Below are positions 18,642-26,993 of a stretch of 39,163 nt of DNA, piece by piece. Source of the DNA: a virus (lineage: Duplodnaviria > Caudoviricetes); the IMG/VR virus record IMGVR_UViG_3300022670_001835, positions 1 to 39,163 of that record; one strand, given 5' to 3'. Below the pieces are notes generated by a model. That model had not been told where the DNA came from, searched no databases, and worked only from the letters and a program-made list of their open reading frames with translations. The position numbers and the translations under genes are program-made. Every line of letters starts with the position of its first letter. Position 1 is the first letter of the stretch.

Positions 18642-19742
18642 TTATTTATCACCAGAAGTGTAAATATCTGCATCATTAGAAAGGTTTTCAACATATTCAT
18701 CATCTTCGTTATCATCTACCAGCCATTCTGTTTTTCCTTGCTGATCCTCATCAGATATTGTGCCAAATATACTGTCTCTGCCTGATTTGTATTTACACAT
18801 GTATTCTTGGTCTGGATCTTCAGTTGAGGATGCTATTAGAGAATCTACTTCTTGTTGTGTGTTTAGATTACCTAGCGTATGCATAATATCATATACTAAA
18901 AAAACATATTCTTTGGTATCATGTTTCATATCTATTTCATGGAACATCTTTACTGGTCCTTTTGGGGTAGATACTAGAAACAAATCTGCACCGTTAGTTC
19001 TAACAATAGGCATAAAACTATTAAATACAGGTGAATCATCAATTAATTTCCATTTTGTAGTTTCATCTACGAATACACACTTGTAACCTGTATCACCAGT
19101 CATGGCTTCTTCTGTTGCTGAGAATGCTTCTATTTCTGTACCGTTTACAATTTCTAGTGTATTTCTTCTATTGATTACCCCTTCTAGTGTAGCTCGTTCT
19201 CGCCTAAGCCATAATTTTATAACTGGACTTATGGCACGAAAAAGCCTTGCCAGTCTTCTTAGGTTTTTTCGTGCAAGAGAACCACTAGTTCCTGCAATTA
19301 TTGCTATTTTACGTCCTTTATACCGAGTAAAGGACAAGTATAAAATTAGCCTTAAAACAATTTCTGTAAATCCCATTTGTCGGGCTTTTTTTATGTGAAT
19401 TTTTAGGGCTTTTCTTTGTTGTTCAAGTTTGTTACCAAATTTCTCTCTACCATGTATTATTTTATCTGCCATATCCACCTGATATGGAGTTAATGGCATT
19501 TCCTCACCTGTTGCTGAGTGTCGCGGTAGACCTATAATGTGATTTATGCAACATTTGGCTGTATGTTGATAGTTAATGTTTCTTTTATGTAGTGTGTCAT
19601 CGTTACACCAAAACGGTAGTTTTGCAAGTTCTTCGCATAGTTCTAGTCCTTCTTCATCACCTATGATTTTATTTACTGGCTCTGGTTTTGTGTATAACCC
19701 AGCAAGTATAGCCTCGTTAAGTAATTGTTGGGATTTTACCAA
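18642..19742 (-). CDS. terL: Terminase large subunit ATPase domain (366 aa)
   Basis: Adenine-binding LTPYQ, Walker A KKARQMGFT, Walker B VFVDE, coupling motif VSTPKG, and linker 'QEYMCKY...SIF' followed by a stop. Confidence 0.92.
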   Translation of the reverse strand: MVKSQQLLNEAILAGLYTKPEPVNKIIGDEEGLELCEELAKLPFWCNDDTLHKRNINYQHTAKCCINHIIGLPRHSATGEEMPLTPYQVDMADKIIHGREKFGNKLEQQRKALKIHIKKARQMGFTEIVLRLILYLSFTRYKGRKIAIIAGTSGSLARKNLRRLARLFRAISPVIKLWLRRERATLEGVINRRNTLEIVNGTEIEAFSATEEAMTGDTGYKCVFVDETTKWKLIDDSPVFNSFMPIVRTNGADLFLVSTPKGPVKMFHEIDMKHDTKEYVFLVYDIMHTLGNLNTQQEVDSLIASSTEDPDQEYMCKYKSGRDSIFGTISDEDQQGKTEWLVDDNEDDEYVENLSNDADIYTSGDK

Positions 19743-20151
19743 CTCTCATCATCTTAATTACTTCTCTAACTTCACCATTCCCTACATCATCACATAGTTT
19801 GGTGAGTATATCACTTTGAATTTTTGTTAGTTGTCCTTTTTCCATACCTGATAATGGAATTGTTGTTATTTCTTTGTCAACTATAATCATTTTTCTTCCA
19901 TTTTCTTTGTATTCTTCTATTTGTGTAACATATTTTAGGAATAATTCGGCTGCTAGTGAGTAATATTTTATCCATTTCCCTGCTACTATACTAACAAATT
20001 CTGAATCATACTTTAGATTAATCTCTTTTCTGTACTTGGCTACTGTTGGTCTAGAGAGTTTTAATTTATTACATATTTTTTCGTCGGTATATAGTGGATA
20101 TCTGGTTATAATGTCTCTTAATTCTGTTTTCTTTTTTGGGGATAATATCAT
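19717..20151 (-). CDS. terS: Terminase small subunit (144 aa)
   Basis: N-terminal HTH 'DEKICNKLKLSRPTVAKYRK' followed by helices; immediately upstream of and overlapping terL. Confidence 0.7.
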   Translation of the reverse strand: MILSPKKKTELRDIITRYPLYTDEKICNKLKLSRPTVAKYRKEINLKYDSEFVSIVAGKWIKYYSLAAELFLKYVTQIEEYKENGRKMIIVDKEITTIPLSGMEKGQLTKIQSDILTKLCDDVGNGEVREVIKMMRVGKIPTIT

Positions 20152-20186
20152 TGTGCCTATAATGTTAGTACCGTACTAGGTTAAAA

Positions 20187-20198
20187 AATCTTGTTAAG
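20187..20198 (+). promoter_or_regulatory. AATCTTGTTAAG motif, copy 4
   Basis: Exact 12-mer abutting a TTTTTAAC box upstream of terS. Confidence 0.6.
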
Positions 20199-20297
20199 GT
20201 TTACATGCCTAGATTCTTCTATTGTTTCACCTAACTTTGTCATTTGGCGAATTAGTAGTTAGTTTAACTGGTTCTTCTATAGGAGTTTTAACATTAA

Positions 20298-22478
20298 CTA
20301 TTGCAGTAATGCTCTAAAATTACAATTATTTCTTGTGGGTACATTTATCTCATCAAGTAGTGGATCAGTGCACCTGTATGGTTCTGGTAGTGAAATTCTA
20401 GTAAATTCATCATTTGATGCTTTGTGATATTCTACTCCTGTTCCATCAGTCCAAATATTATTGACTTTGTCGGTTCTGTATAAAACTATAGTAAGATTTT
20501 CTGTTTGTTGTGCTGTATGTTTATTGTTCATGATATAATATGGTGTTGGGTTTTGTGATTGACCAAGTACCTGTATTCCATCATTAAAGTAAGAGTTTTG
20601 TGTGTTACGGTTTTTGTCAGTTATATTAATTAACATGATATGATTAAGAGTATTTTCCCGATACGAGTACACTAGAATTACTTTGGTGCAATTTTCTAAT
20701 TCATCAGTATCTTGGCATTTTACAACACTAGCAGTAGCGTTTACTGACTGGTTATTTATGAGGTTATTCTTATCAGTTATTATTATCTCGCCTGTTTTAA
20801 TTCCTGTTGTAGTATTATCCGTAATTAATTCAACATCAATTAAGACCTCGGCATTATTCAACGGCGTGCCTATCTCTTTTACACCTAAACCAAACTGTAC
20901 ACTTTGCATGTTGTGTATTCCACCATTTTCATATACAACAATCTCTACTTTGTTTATCTCTCCTACTGTTGCGTTGATTAACGAGAATTCTGTATGGTAA
21001 TTATCTACTTGTACAGTATTACCGTTATATGAAAATCCATTATCAACTAACCTTATACCGTTATTATCTACTCCCAAAGTTGGTGGAGTACAGTCATTAC
21101 AAATGCTTCTTGGTTTAGGTACTGTTTCTATTTCTGTTTCTATGATTGTTTCTATAGTAACCATGGGTTCTTCAATGGTTATTACTTTGTCAACTATTGT
21201 TTCTATAGATTCTATTTCTTTAGTTTCTATAATAAATGATTCTGTAGTGGGACCAAATAATACTGCTTCCATAAATGCTATATCTGAATCCATCCATTCT
21301 TGTACAACTATTACTAATGTTATTAATATGGCTTCAGTATTAGATGGTGTCGCTGGGTATTCTGGTATTTCATCTTCTATTGATTCTATAAAGTCTAATG
21401 TGTTTTCTACTGACCAGTTATCTAGGTTAAAATCACTAGTCAATTGTATAAGATCATACAATGCTTCTTCGTGCGATAATTCGCATAATCTATAAGGTAA
21501 TTCATCATATAGTTCACCATATATATCGGCTTGCCATAATTCACACCATTCATCATCGAGCCATTCATCATATAATGCATCATGTAATGCATAAAATAAT
21601 TCATCATGTGCTGAATTATACCATTCATCATACCATGGTTGATGCCATTCAAAGAACCATGCTTGACCCCATTCATCATGCCAGTATTCATACGATTCAT
21701 CATGCCATTCATCAGCTACATTATCCGATTCATCATGCCATTCCTCATGCCAGTATTCATATGATTCATCATGCCATTCATCATGCCAGTATTCATATGA
21801 TTCATCATGCCATTCATCATATTGTTCATTATACCATAATTCGTATATTTCTAAAACTCGTGCAAATTCGATTTGTTCTGTTTCCTGCCATGTGGATATG
21901 GATAATTCTACTGATTCTATTTCTATTCTCAAATTAGATACGGCATCGTGTAATTCATCATTAATTGATTGCCAATCTAGTATCGTATCTTCTACTTGGC
22001 ATAGTTTATTCGTCCATTCTATTATTATCGTAATAATTGACGCAGTATTTGTTTCAGTTTCTATTAACGGTGATAGAATATCTTTTAATTCCAAGTATTC
22101 ATGTGCTACATCTGCGGCTTCGTACATTGCTGCATCTTCTGCAGATTGTGCTTCGGATACAGAAGTTTCAGACAAAGTTAACATTTCATACCCCATTAAT
22201 TCTTCTTCTAGTATTATAGAAGCAGAATCAATTATAGAAATGTAGTTATCTATGGCATCAGATAATTCATCTGCATAGACATTAGAAGGAATGCAAATTA
22301 GTGATACACTAAATAATAAGAGTAATAATGTATAATGATTTTTAAATCTTTTATCTACAAAAGAAGCATCATGTATCATTTTATTACATGACAAACATTG
22401 TACTGAATTCTTAGAAGTGAATGTAGTATAGTCACAATTTTTGCATTTTAATATTTTTTTCAACTGTGCAATATACAT
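20298..22478 (-). CDS. Large exported/membrane-anchored acidic protein with W-H-D-E repeats and a thaumarchaeal-type C-terminal domain (726 aa)
   Basis: N-terminal CxxC..CxxC, hydrophobic signal 'LLLLLFSVSLICIPSNVYA', coiled coil, WHDE repeats, and 'CNDCTPPTLGVD...GFSYNG...VYENGG' recalled from Nitrosopumilus surface proteins. Confidence 0.7.
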   Translation of the reverse strand: MYIAQLKKILKCKNCDYTTFTSKNSVQCLSCNKMIHDASFVDKRFKNHYTLLLLLFSVSLICIPSNVYADELSDAIDNYISIIDSASIILEEELMGYEMLTLSETSVSEAQSAEDAAMYEAADVAHEYLELKDILSPLIETETNTASIITIIIEWTNKLCQVEDTILDWQSINDELHDAVSNLRIEIESVELSISTWQETEQIEFARVLEIYELWYNEQYDEWHDESYEYWHDEWHDESYEYWHEEWHDESDNVADEWHDESYEYWHDEWGQAWFFEWHQPWYDEWYNSAHDELFYALHDALYDEWLDDEWCELWQADIYGELYDELPYRLCELSHEEALYDLIQLTSDFNLDNWSVENTLDFIESIEDEIPEYPATPSNTEAILITLVIVVQEWMDSDIAFMEAVLFGPTTESFIIETKEIESIETIVDKVITIEEPMVTIETIIETEIETVPKPRSICNDCTPPTLGVDNNGIRLVDNGFSYNGNTVQVDNYHTEFSLINATVGEINKVEIVVYENGGIHNMQSVQFGLGVKEIGTPLNNAEVLIDVELITDNTTTGIKTGEIIITDKNNLINNQSVNATASVVKCQDTDELENCTKVILVYSYRENTLNHIMLINITDKNRNTQNSYFNDGIQVLGQSQNPTPYYIMNNKHTAQQTENLTIVLYRTDKVNNIWTDGTGVEYHKASNDEFTRISLPEPYRCTDPLLDEINVPTRNNCNFRALLQ
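21540..21840. repeat. Degenerate 12-nt coding repeats encoding WHDE/SYEY tetrapeptides
   Basis: TCATCATGCCA(T/G) and TATTCATATGAT recur on the + strand. Confidence 0.8.
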
Positions 22479-22603
22479 TGTTACAATAATATATAGTTTT
22501 ACTATATTATATAATTAGTATCTTACAAATAATGATTTTGATAACCCCAGTTAAAAAATAATTGTAAACATTTTTAATATATACTTCTGAAATTAAATAA
22601 ATC

Positions 22604-22792
22604 ATGCAAATAACATATAAAATTGAAAAATTAAAAACTGGTGGGTTTATGGCATATTGTCCAGCAATGAAACCTGTAATTGTAGAAGAAGATACAGAAG
22701 AAGAAGCCACTAAAAAATTATTAATATCTGCTAAAATGTATGTTACAAAACATCCTGAGATTAGGGTTCTGTCGGGTTATCTGCCCAAATAA
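22604..22792 (+). CDS. hicB: HicB-like antitoxin-fold protein (62 aa)
   Basis: 'ITYKIEKLKTGGFMAYCPAMKPVIVEEDTEEEATKKL' follows the HicB partial RNase H fold pattern. No hicA seen. Confidence 0.7.
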   Translation: MQITYKIEKLKTGGFMAYCPAMKPVIVEEDTEEEATKKLLISAKMYVTKHPEIRVLSGYLPK

Positions 22793-23070
22793 CGTAAAGT
22801 ACGGGTTAATTTTCTTATATCTCTGCCCATTGTTCTAGAGTCTGGGGATGTGTTGAGTTTTCTGACAAAGTAATCAAATGATACTATATCAGAAGCATTT
22901 TCTATACCATTTACTACTAGTGTATTTCTTTCCTCTCTGGTTATTTTATATAATGTTGGTTTATAGCCTATTTTTATGGTATCTTTTACTTGTGGTCTAA
23001 GATGAGGTAATGCCTCAAAGTTTGACAAAAAAGTTCTTGATTGTACATCTAAAAAGACCCTATAATTCAT
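22777..23070 (-). CDS. Hypothetical protein (97 aa), possibly head-closure-like
   Basis: 'PQVKDTIKIGYKPTLYKITR' is loosely gp16-like; next to the adaptor-like gene. Confidence 0.45.
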   Translation of the reverse strand: MNYRVFLDVQSRTFLSNFEALPHLRPQVKDTIKIGYKPTLYKITREERNTLVVNGIENASDIVSFDYFVRKLNTSPDSRTMGRDIRKLTRTLRYLGR

Positions 23071-23125
23071 TAATTGTTAATTTATGCTGTGTATATTTAA
23101 GGTTCTGTGTACTAATCGGTAGTTA

Positions 23126-23764
23126 TTAGCGGTATTCGGTTGGATGAAACCTTGCCTCTCGTATTTGTTTGGAATCAGATATGATATCTTTTACTGCCTG
23201 TAATTGTTCTGAAGATCCATTGGATTTTGCCCAAAATATGGCAGTGGTTAGTTTTGTACTCAAGTCTATAAACCAAGATGGTAAATCATCAAAATCTACT
23301 AAATTTAGAAATACTGCCTGTAATTCTGAGGATGCGTCTTCATCAGACCTTACTACTAGATTGTCTCGGTTATCATTTGAGCCTCGTGTTTTTCCCATAT
23401 CTTTGTATACTCTGTCTGTGTCTGCAAATTTTGATATAGTTACAGTTGATTCGTCATATGTTACAGATGAATTGTCACTTGTATTAATCACTTGTACTCC
23501 CGCTTCTGCTGTAAGATTGGAGAAATCTATTGTAAATGGTACTATTCCTTCTGTATCTTCTGCTTTTGCCTTTCTAAATGCGGTCCATTCGTTATTAGTT
23601 GTGTTAGTTATAGAATCTGCAGAGTTTCCGTTAATTGTAACTATGGGGATTGATATGGGTTGATCTGCGGTGAATTTTAGAATAATATCGTCAAATTTTC
23701 CCGCTATAGTTCCGTTTGAGTTGTTTGATAGTATGGATATTGTAGTTAGAATAGGTGTAGTCAT
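23126..23764 (-). CDS. Ig-like domain fused to a putative head-tail adaptor-like helical domain (212 aa)
   Basis: Residues 1-105 match a bacterial Ig-like repeat (SNN...DDIILKFTAD..I..P.VTING...W.A...DTEGIVPFTIDF). C-terminus 'KFADTDRV...EDASSEL...PSWFIDLSTKLTTAIFW' resembles gp15/gp6/Mu gp36 connectors. Confidence 0.55.
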   Translation of the reverse strand: MTTPILTTISILSNNSNGTIAGKFDDIILKFTADQPISIPIVTINGNSADSITNTTNNEWTAFRKAKAEDTEGIVPFTIDFSNLTAEAGVQVINTSDNSSVTYDESTVTISKFADTDRVYKDMGKTRGSNDNRDNLVVRSDEDASSELQAVFLNLVDFDDLPSWFIDLSTKLTTAIFWAKSNGSSEQLQAVKDIISDSKQIREARFHPTEYR

Positions 23765-23903
23765 GTATAAGATAACACTCCATCAATTATAAATTTACTA
23801 TAATTAGGACACCTTTTAGTAGGACAAAATGGTAAACTAGAAGGCTGTAGAATTCTAATCATCCCACACTTTTTACATTTACCTTCTCTGTTATCGTATT
23901 TAC

Positions 23904-24086
23904 TCATAGCCTGTGATTTTCCATGTGGTTTTTAAGTTGAACGTTTAACCCAAATATTTCATCGCAGACTTTGCAGGGATATTGTTTGTTAATTTTCATT
24001 AGAGTTTTGGACTGTAGATATGCTTTTCGTTTAGCTTTGTTTTCTGGAGTATCTCTGATTGCTTTAGTCTTAATTTTAAAATCCAT
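23904..24086 (-). CDS. C2H2 zinc-finger protein (60 aa)
   Basis: YPCKVCDEIFGLNVQLKNHMENH. Confidence 0.8.
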   Translation of the reverse strand: MDFKIKTKAIRDTPENKAKRKAYLQSKTLMKINKQYPCKVCDEIFGLNVQLKNHMENHRL

Positions 24087-24160
24087 AATTACATTTTATT
24101 GATGAATAGAAGTATAATTGTATTTTCAATATTGCATGTATTTAGTATGGGTAAATCCAT

Positions 24161-24277
24161 TCAATATTCATTTTCCTTTACTTCGAATTGTTTGCCACAT
24201 ACCCCACATTGAGTTACTAGGTTCTTTTTAGTATTAAATGAATACTTGCAGAAAGGGCATTTTACGAGTATTTTCAT
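24161..24277 (-). CDS. Zinc-ribbon microprotein (38 aa, MKILVKCPFC...CGVCGKQF), not in the ORF track
   Basis: Hand translation; ATGA overlap with the upstream gene. Confidence 0.7.
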   Translation of the reverse strand: MKILVKCPFCKYSFNTKKNLVTQCGVCGKQFEVKENEY

Positions 24278-25245
24278 TTTTTTGCCAGCAACTCTAAGAG
24301 TTTATCTGTAATGCTTAAAACTGCTGTGTCCCATGCGGCTGACCTTGCGGCTGACCTTGAGGCTGACCATGCGACTGACCTTGCGGCGGCTTCTGCGGCT
24401 TCTGCGGCTGACCTTGCGGCTGACCATGCGACTGACCTTGCGGCGGACCTTGCGGCGGCTTCTGCGGCTGACCTTGCGGCTGACCTTGCGGCGGCTTCTG
24501 CGGTGGCTTCTGCGGCTGACCTTGCGACTGACCTTGCGGCGGACCATGCGACTGACCTTGCGGCGACTGACCTTGCGGCGACTTCTGCGGCTGACCATGC
24601 GACTGACCATGCGACTGGCCTTGCGACGGACCATGCGGCTGACCATGCGGCTGACCTTGCGGCGGCTTCTGCGGCTGACCTTGCGGCTGACCTTGCGGCG
24701 GCTTCTGCGGCTGACCATGCGACTGACCATGCGACTGACCTTGCGGCGGACCTTGCGGCTGACCTTGCGGCTGACCATGCGGCTGACCTTGCGGCTGACC
24801 TTTGCATGTTTGAGATTATCTCACCTTTTGCCGCTTTCATGTGTAGAGTTATGATGTCTTTTACTGCTTTGATTACTTTTTTGTCACTTTCAGTATTGAT
24901 AATATCCGTGAGTAAATATACACAAAATTCGTGATATACTCTAGTCCAATTAGAGAATCCTACTGGGATTGCTTTGATGAGTTTTAAAGGAAATTCTTTT
25001 GCTTTCTTATTTGGAAGACTCTCAAATAGATAGTCTTCTAGTCTGGCTAACCATTCAGGTATTCCTAATTCTATTTCATAACATTTAAGATTACTAGAAT
25101 GTATGGTGCAACCAATCGCACAACCTTTACCATTTTCCCAGTATGTGCCTTTGACAATTTCATCTGCTTTATAATGAGATTGTAGTTGAGAAATAATACT
25201 CTCTTTTAATGAAGGTGTATTTTGGAATGCTTGTAATTGTTTCAT
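24274..25245 (-). CDS. Phage protein of the 'KGCA(I/V)GC' type with a long SAA(R/W) repeat tract (323 aa)
   Basis: Globular N-terminus paralogous to 25598-26221, followed by about 155 aa of tetrapeptide repeats. Confidence 0.8.
   Translation of the reverse strand: MKQLQAFQNTPSLKESIISQLQSHYKADEIVKGTYWENGKGCAIGCTIHSSNLKCYEIELGIPEWLARLEDYLFESLPNKKAKEFPLKLIKAIPVGFSNWTRVYHEFCVYLLTDIINTESDKKVIKAVKDIITLHMKAAKGEIISNMQRSAARSAAWSAARSAARSAARSVAWSVAWSAAEAAARSAARSAAEAAARSAAWSAAWSVARPVAWSVAWSAAEVAARSVAARSVAWSAARSVARSAAEATAEAAARSAARSAAEAAARSAARSVAWSAARSAAEAAEAAARSVAWSASRSAARSAAWDTAVLSITDKLLELLAKK
24331..24801. repeat. GC-rich tandem array of about 40 units of 12/9 nt (coding strand TCAGYCGCAWGG / GAAGCCGCA)
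   Basis: Directly visible; strongly GC-rich against the AT-rich background. Confidence 0.95.
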
Positions 25246-25316
25246 GTTAGTTGATTAATATTGGTATATTTATGTGTATAATTATGGGTGTAAAATCATA
25301 ATCTTCTTATAGCCTG

Positions 25317-25445
25317 TTATTTATACCATTTAGAATTTGTGTATGCTTGTGAACATAAAAGTGAGCAAAATATTCTTTTATCTTTGATTTTCACTCTGAA
25401 TGTTTCGATACATAATTTACAGGTTCTAGTTTCTTTAATGTTCAT
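25317..25445 (-). CDS. Zinc-finger microprotein (42 aa, CKLC...FCSLLC), not in the ORF track
   Basis: Hand translation; TRASH-like CxxC...FCSxxC pattern. Confidence 0.65.
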   Translation of the reverse strand: MNIKETRTCKLCIETFRVKIKDKRIFCSLLCSQAYTNSKWYK

Positions 25446-25466
25446 TAGGTTAAAGACCTTGTTTAC

Positions 25467-25601
25467 TCATTTCTTATCTCTTAGATATTCTGTTAAAACA
25501 ACTCGCATCATTCTTGAAAAATCTCCCTTGTGTTGTTGGTTAGCAAGGATTTGGATATTTTCAATTTGTGACTCTTCTAAAGTTATTGTTTTTTGTTTCA
25601 T
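25467..25601 (-). CDS. Ribbon-helix-helix (CopG-like) regulator (44 aa), not in the ORF track
   Basis: MKQKTITLEESQIENIQILANQQHKGDFSRMMRVVLTEYL; ATGA overlap with the upstream gene. Confidence 0.75.
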   Translation of the reverse strand: MKQKTITLEESQIENIQILANQQHKGDFSRMMRVVLTEYLRDKK

Positions 25602-26221
25602 TTTATCTCATTAAATAATTCAATCAACTTGTTACTAATCTTCAACATAACTTTTTGTTTGGAAACGTAAGCGTAAGCAGAAACGTAAGCAGAAGCAGAA
25701 GCGTAAGCAGAAGCGTAAGCGTAAGTAGCAACAAATTGATATTTCTTAGGTATGTTGTCTGTAACTTTTTCCCACTGTTCTTTCGTTATGATTACACCCT
25801 CTATGGATTGTTTGAATAGATTAATGATTGCTACAATTTTTTTATATTTTTGAAATTTGGGTGGAATTGTACGAGTTAATATAAAATAGAATAGTTTCAG
25901 TCTAACCATATCTGATTGTTGTATAGTCATTCCAATTGGAATTGAATTTAGAAAATCAATATTGAATTTTGCTATGTGTTTAACATTGATGTCTTCATGT
26001 ATGGAATCATATATTTGTGCAATCCAAATGTCTACACCTAGAGTGTCTGCAAAGGACTGGTGGTCATAGCAGTTAATTGAGCATCCAACAGCACAACCTT
26101 TTCCTGAAAATTTATCATAACCTTCACCTTGAACTAACTGGCCTAGTTCTATGTGTTCTTTCATTCTAGATATAATTTCTTGTTTTAGTGATTCTTTGTT
26201 GTGGAATGCTTGTTGTGACAT
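25598..26221 (-). CDS. Paralog of 24274-25245 with a short (A/V)(Y/S) repeat tract (207 aa)
   Basis: Shares AF.N..SLK..IIS....H......V.G...KGCA.GC.I...LG...W.A and the C-terminal I..KL.EL. Confidence 0.8.
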   Translation of the reverse strand: MSQQAFHNKESLKQEIISRMKEHIELGQLVQGEGYDKFSGKGCAVGCSINCYDHQSFADTLGVDIWIAQIYDSIHEDINVKHIAKFNIDFLNSIPIGMTIQQSDMVRLKLFYFILTRTIPPKFQKYKKIVAIINLFKQSIEGVIITKEQWEKVTDNIPKKYQFVATYAYASAYASASAYVSAYAYVSKQKVMLKISNKLIELFNEIK

Positions 26222-26313
26222 TATTTTTCTACCTCAAAGTCAGGACATCCACAATCACACACATTCAGATCAGTAGGCTCAAATATTTCATCGCAATCAT
26301 TACAGATATTCAT
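26221..26313 (-). CDS. Zinc-ribbon microprotein (30 aa, MNICNDCDEIF...CDCGCPDF), not in the ORF track
   Basis: Hand translation; stop/start overlaps on both sides. Confidence 0.6.
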   Translation of the reverse strand: MNICNDCDEIFEPTDLNVCDCGCPDFEVEK

Positions 26314-26438
26314 TTCTGATCTCCTGAATACACATGGTGACATTTAGGGCATTGAAATGCTGTTCTTGTTTTACGTGGTTGATATATGTGTGAACATTTT
26401 GGACATTTTTCTTTTATTGTGTTAACAGTTACTTTCAT
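26310..26438 (-). CDS. Zinc-ribbon microprotein (42 aa, CPKC...CPKC), not in the ORF track
   Basis: Hand translation; TATA-like TATATTAA about 25-30 nt upstream. Confidence 0.7.
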   Translation of the reverse strand: MKVTVNTIKEKCPKCSHIYQPRKTRTAFQCPKCHHVYSGDQK

Positions 26439-26549
26439 AATATAGTTAGTTATTTTCTTTAGTTAATATACTTTGAGTTTACTGTACCAACTAACATTTC
26501 TAATGTTGGGAGTGACATTATAATTGATATGATTTGTAACTATACAGGA

Positions 26550-26993
26550 TTAGGCAACTATTTGAAAGCGATCACGATAGAGTCCTCTTTCTCCCGTGGC
26601 TTTATTCCAAAACCATAGATGTAATTCATAGGTTCCTAATGGAAGATTGTAATTGAATAGTCTGAATCGTCTGTGTTTTAGTTTGAAATTTATGGTTTCA
26701 CCATCATTATCTTCATCTCGAGAATGTGATTGGTCTATCATTAGTAGTTGGCCTTTGTATGATAGTTTTCCAGTTACGGTTTCTGCACCTCTGATTCTTA
26801 CCAATAGTTCTGTACCTGTTTTGATCCCATTTCCATATCTGGTTTTGACAAAGTTAGTTTGGTATTTGGTTCCATCAGATATGATAGCATCTATTTTTTG
26901 TGGTGTGAGTACATGATTTGATTTTGATTCTATTGTGGTTAGTCGTATGTCTTGTTCAAAGACTTTTTGTTCTAATTTTTGGAATCGATTCAA
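26550..26993 (-). CDS. Hypothetical protein (147 aa; coiled coil followed by an Ig-like beta domain)
   Basis: 'LPLGTYELHLW' beta-sandwich motif; coupled to the upstream membrane gene. Confidence 0.65.
   Translation of the reverse strand: MNRFQKLEQKVFEQDIRLTTIESKSNHVLTPQKIDAIISDGTKYQTNFVKTRYGNGIKTGTELLVRIRGAETVTGKLSYKGQLLMIDQSHSRDEDNDGETINFKLKHRRFRLFNYNLPLGTYELHLWFWNKATGERGLYRDRFQIVA

Noticed and set aside
21440-21937. Met/Asn-rich and His/Ile-rich ORFs
   Set aside because: Alternative-frame shadows of the WHDE repeat.
24331-24801. Possible CRISPR array or DGR template/variable repeat
   Set aside because: Units are contiguous 9-12 nt with no unique spacers, there is no reverse transcriptase or paired TR/VR in the window, and the tract is in frame within a protein.
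24302-24934. Three extra ORFs (158, 207 and 173 aa) over the GC-rich repeat
   Set aside because: They are open only because the repeat lacks stop codons in those frames, and have little or no unique sequence or domain signal.
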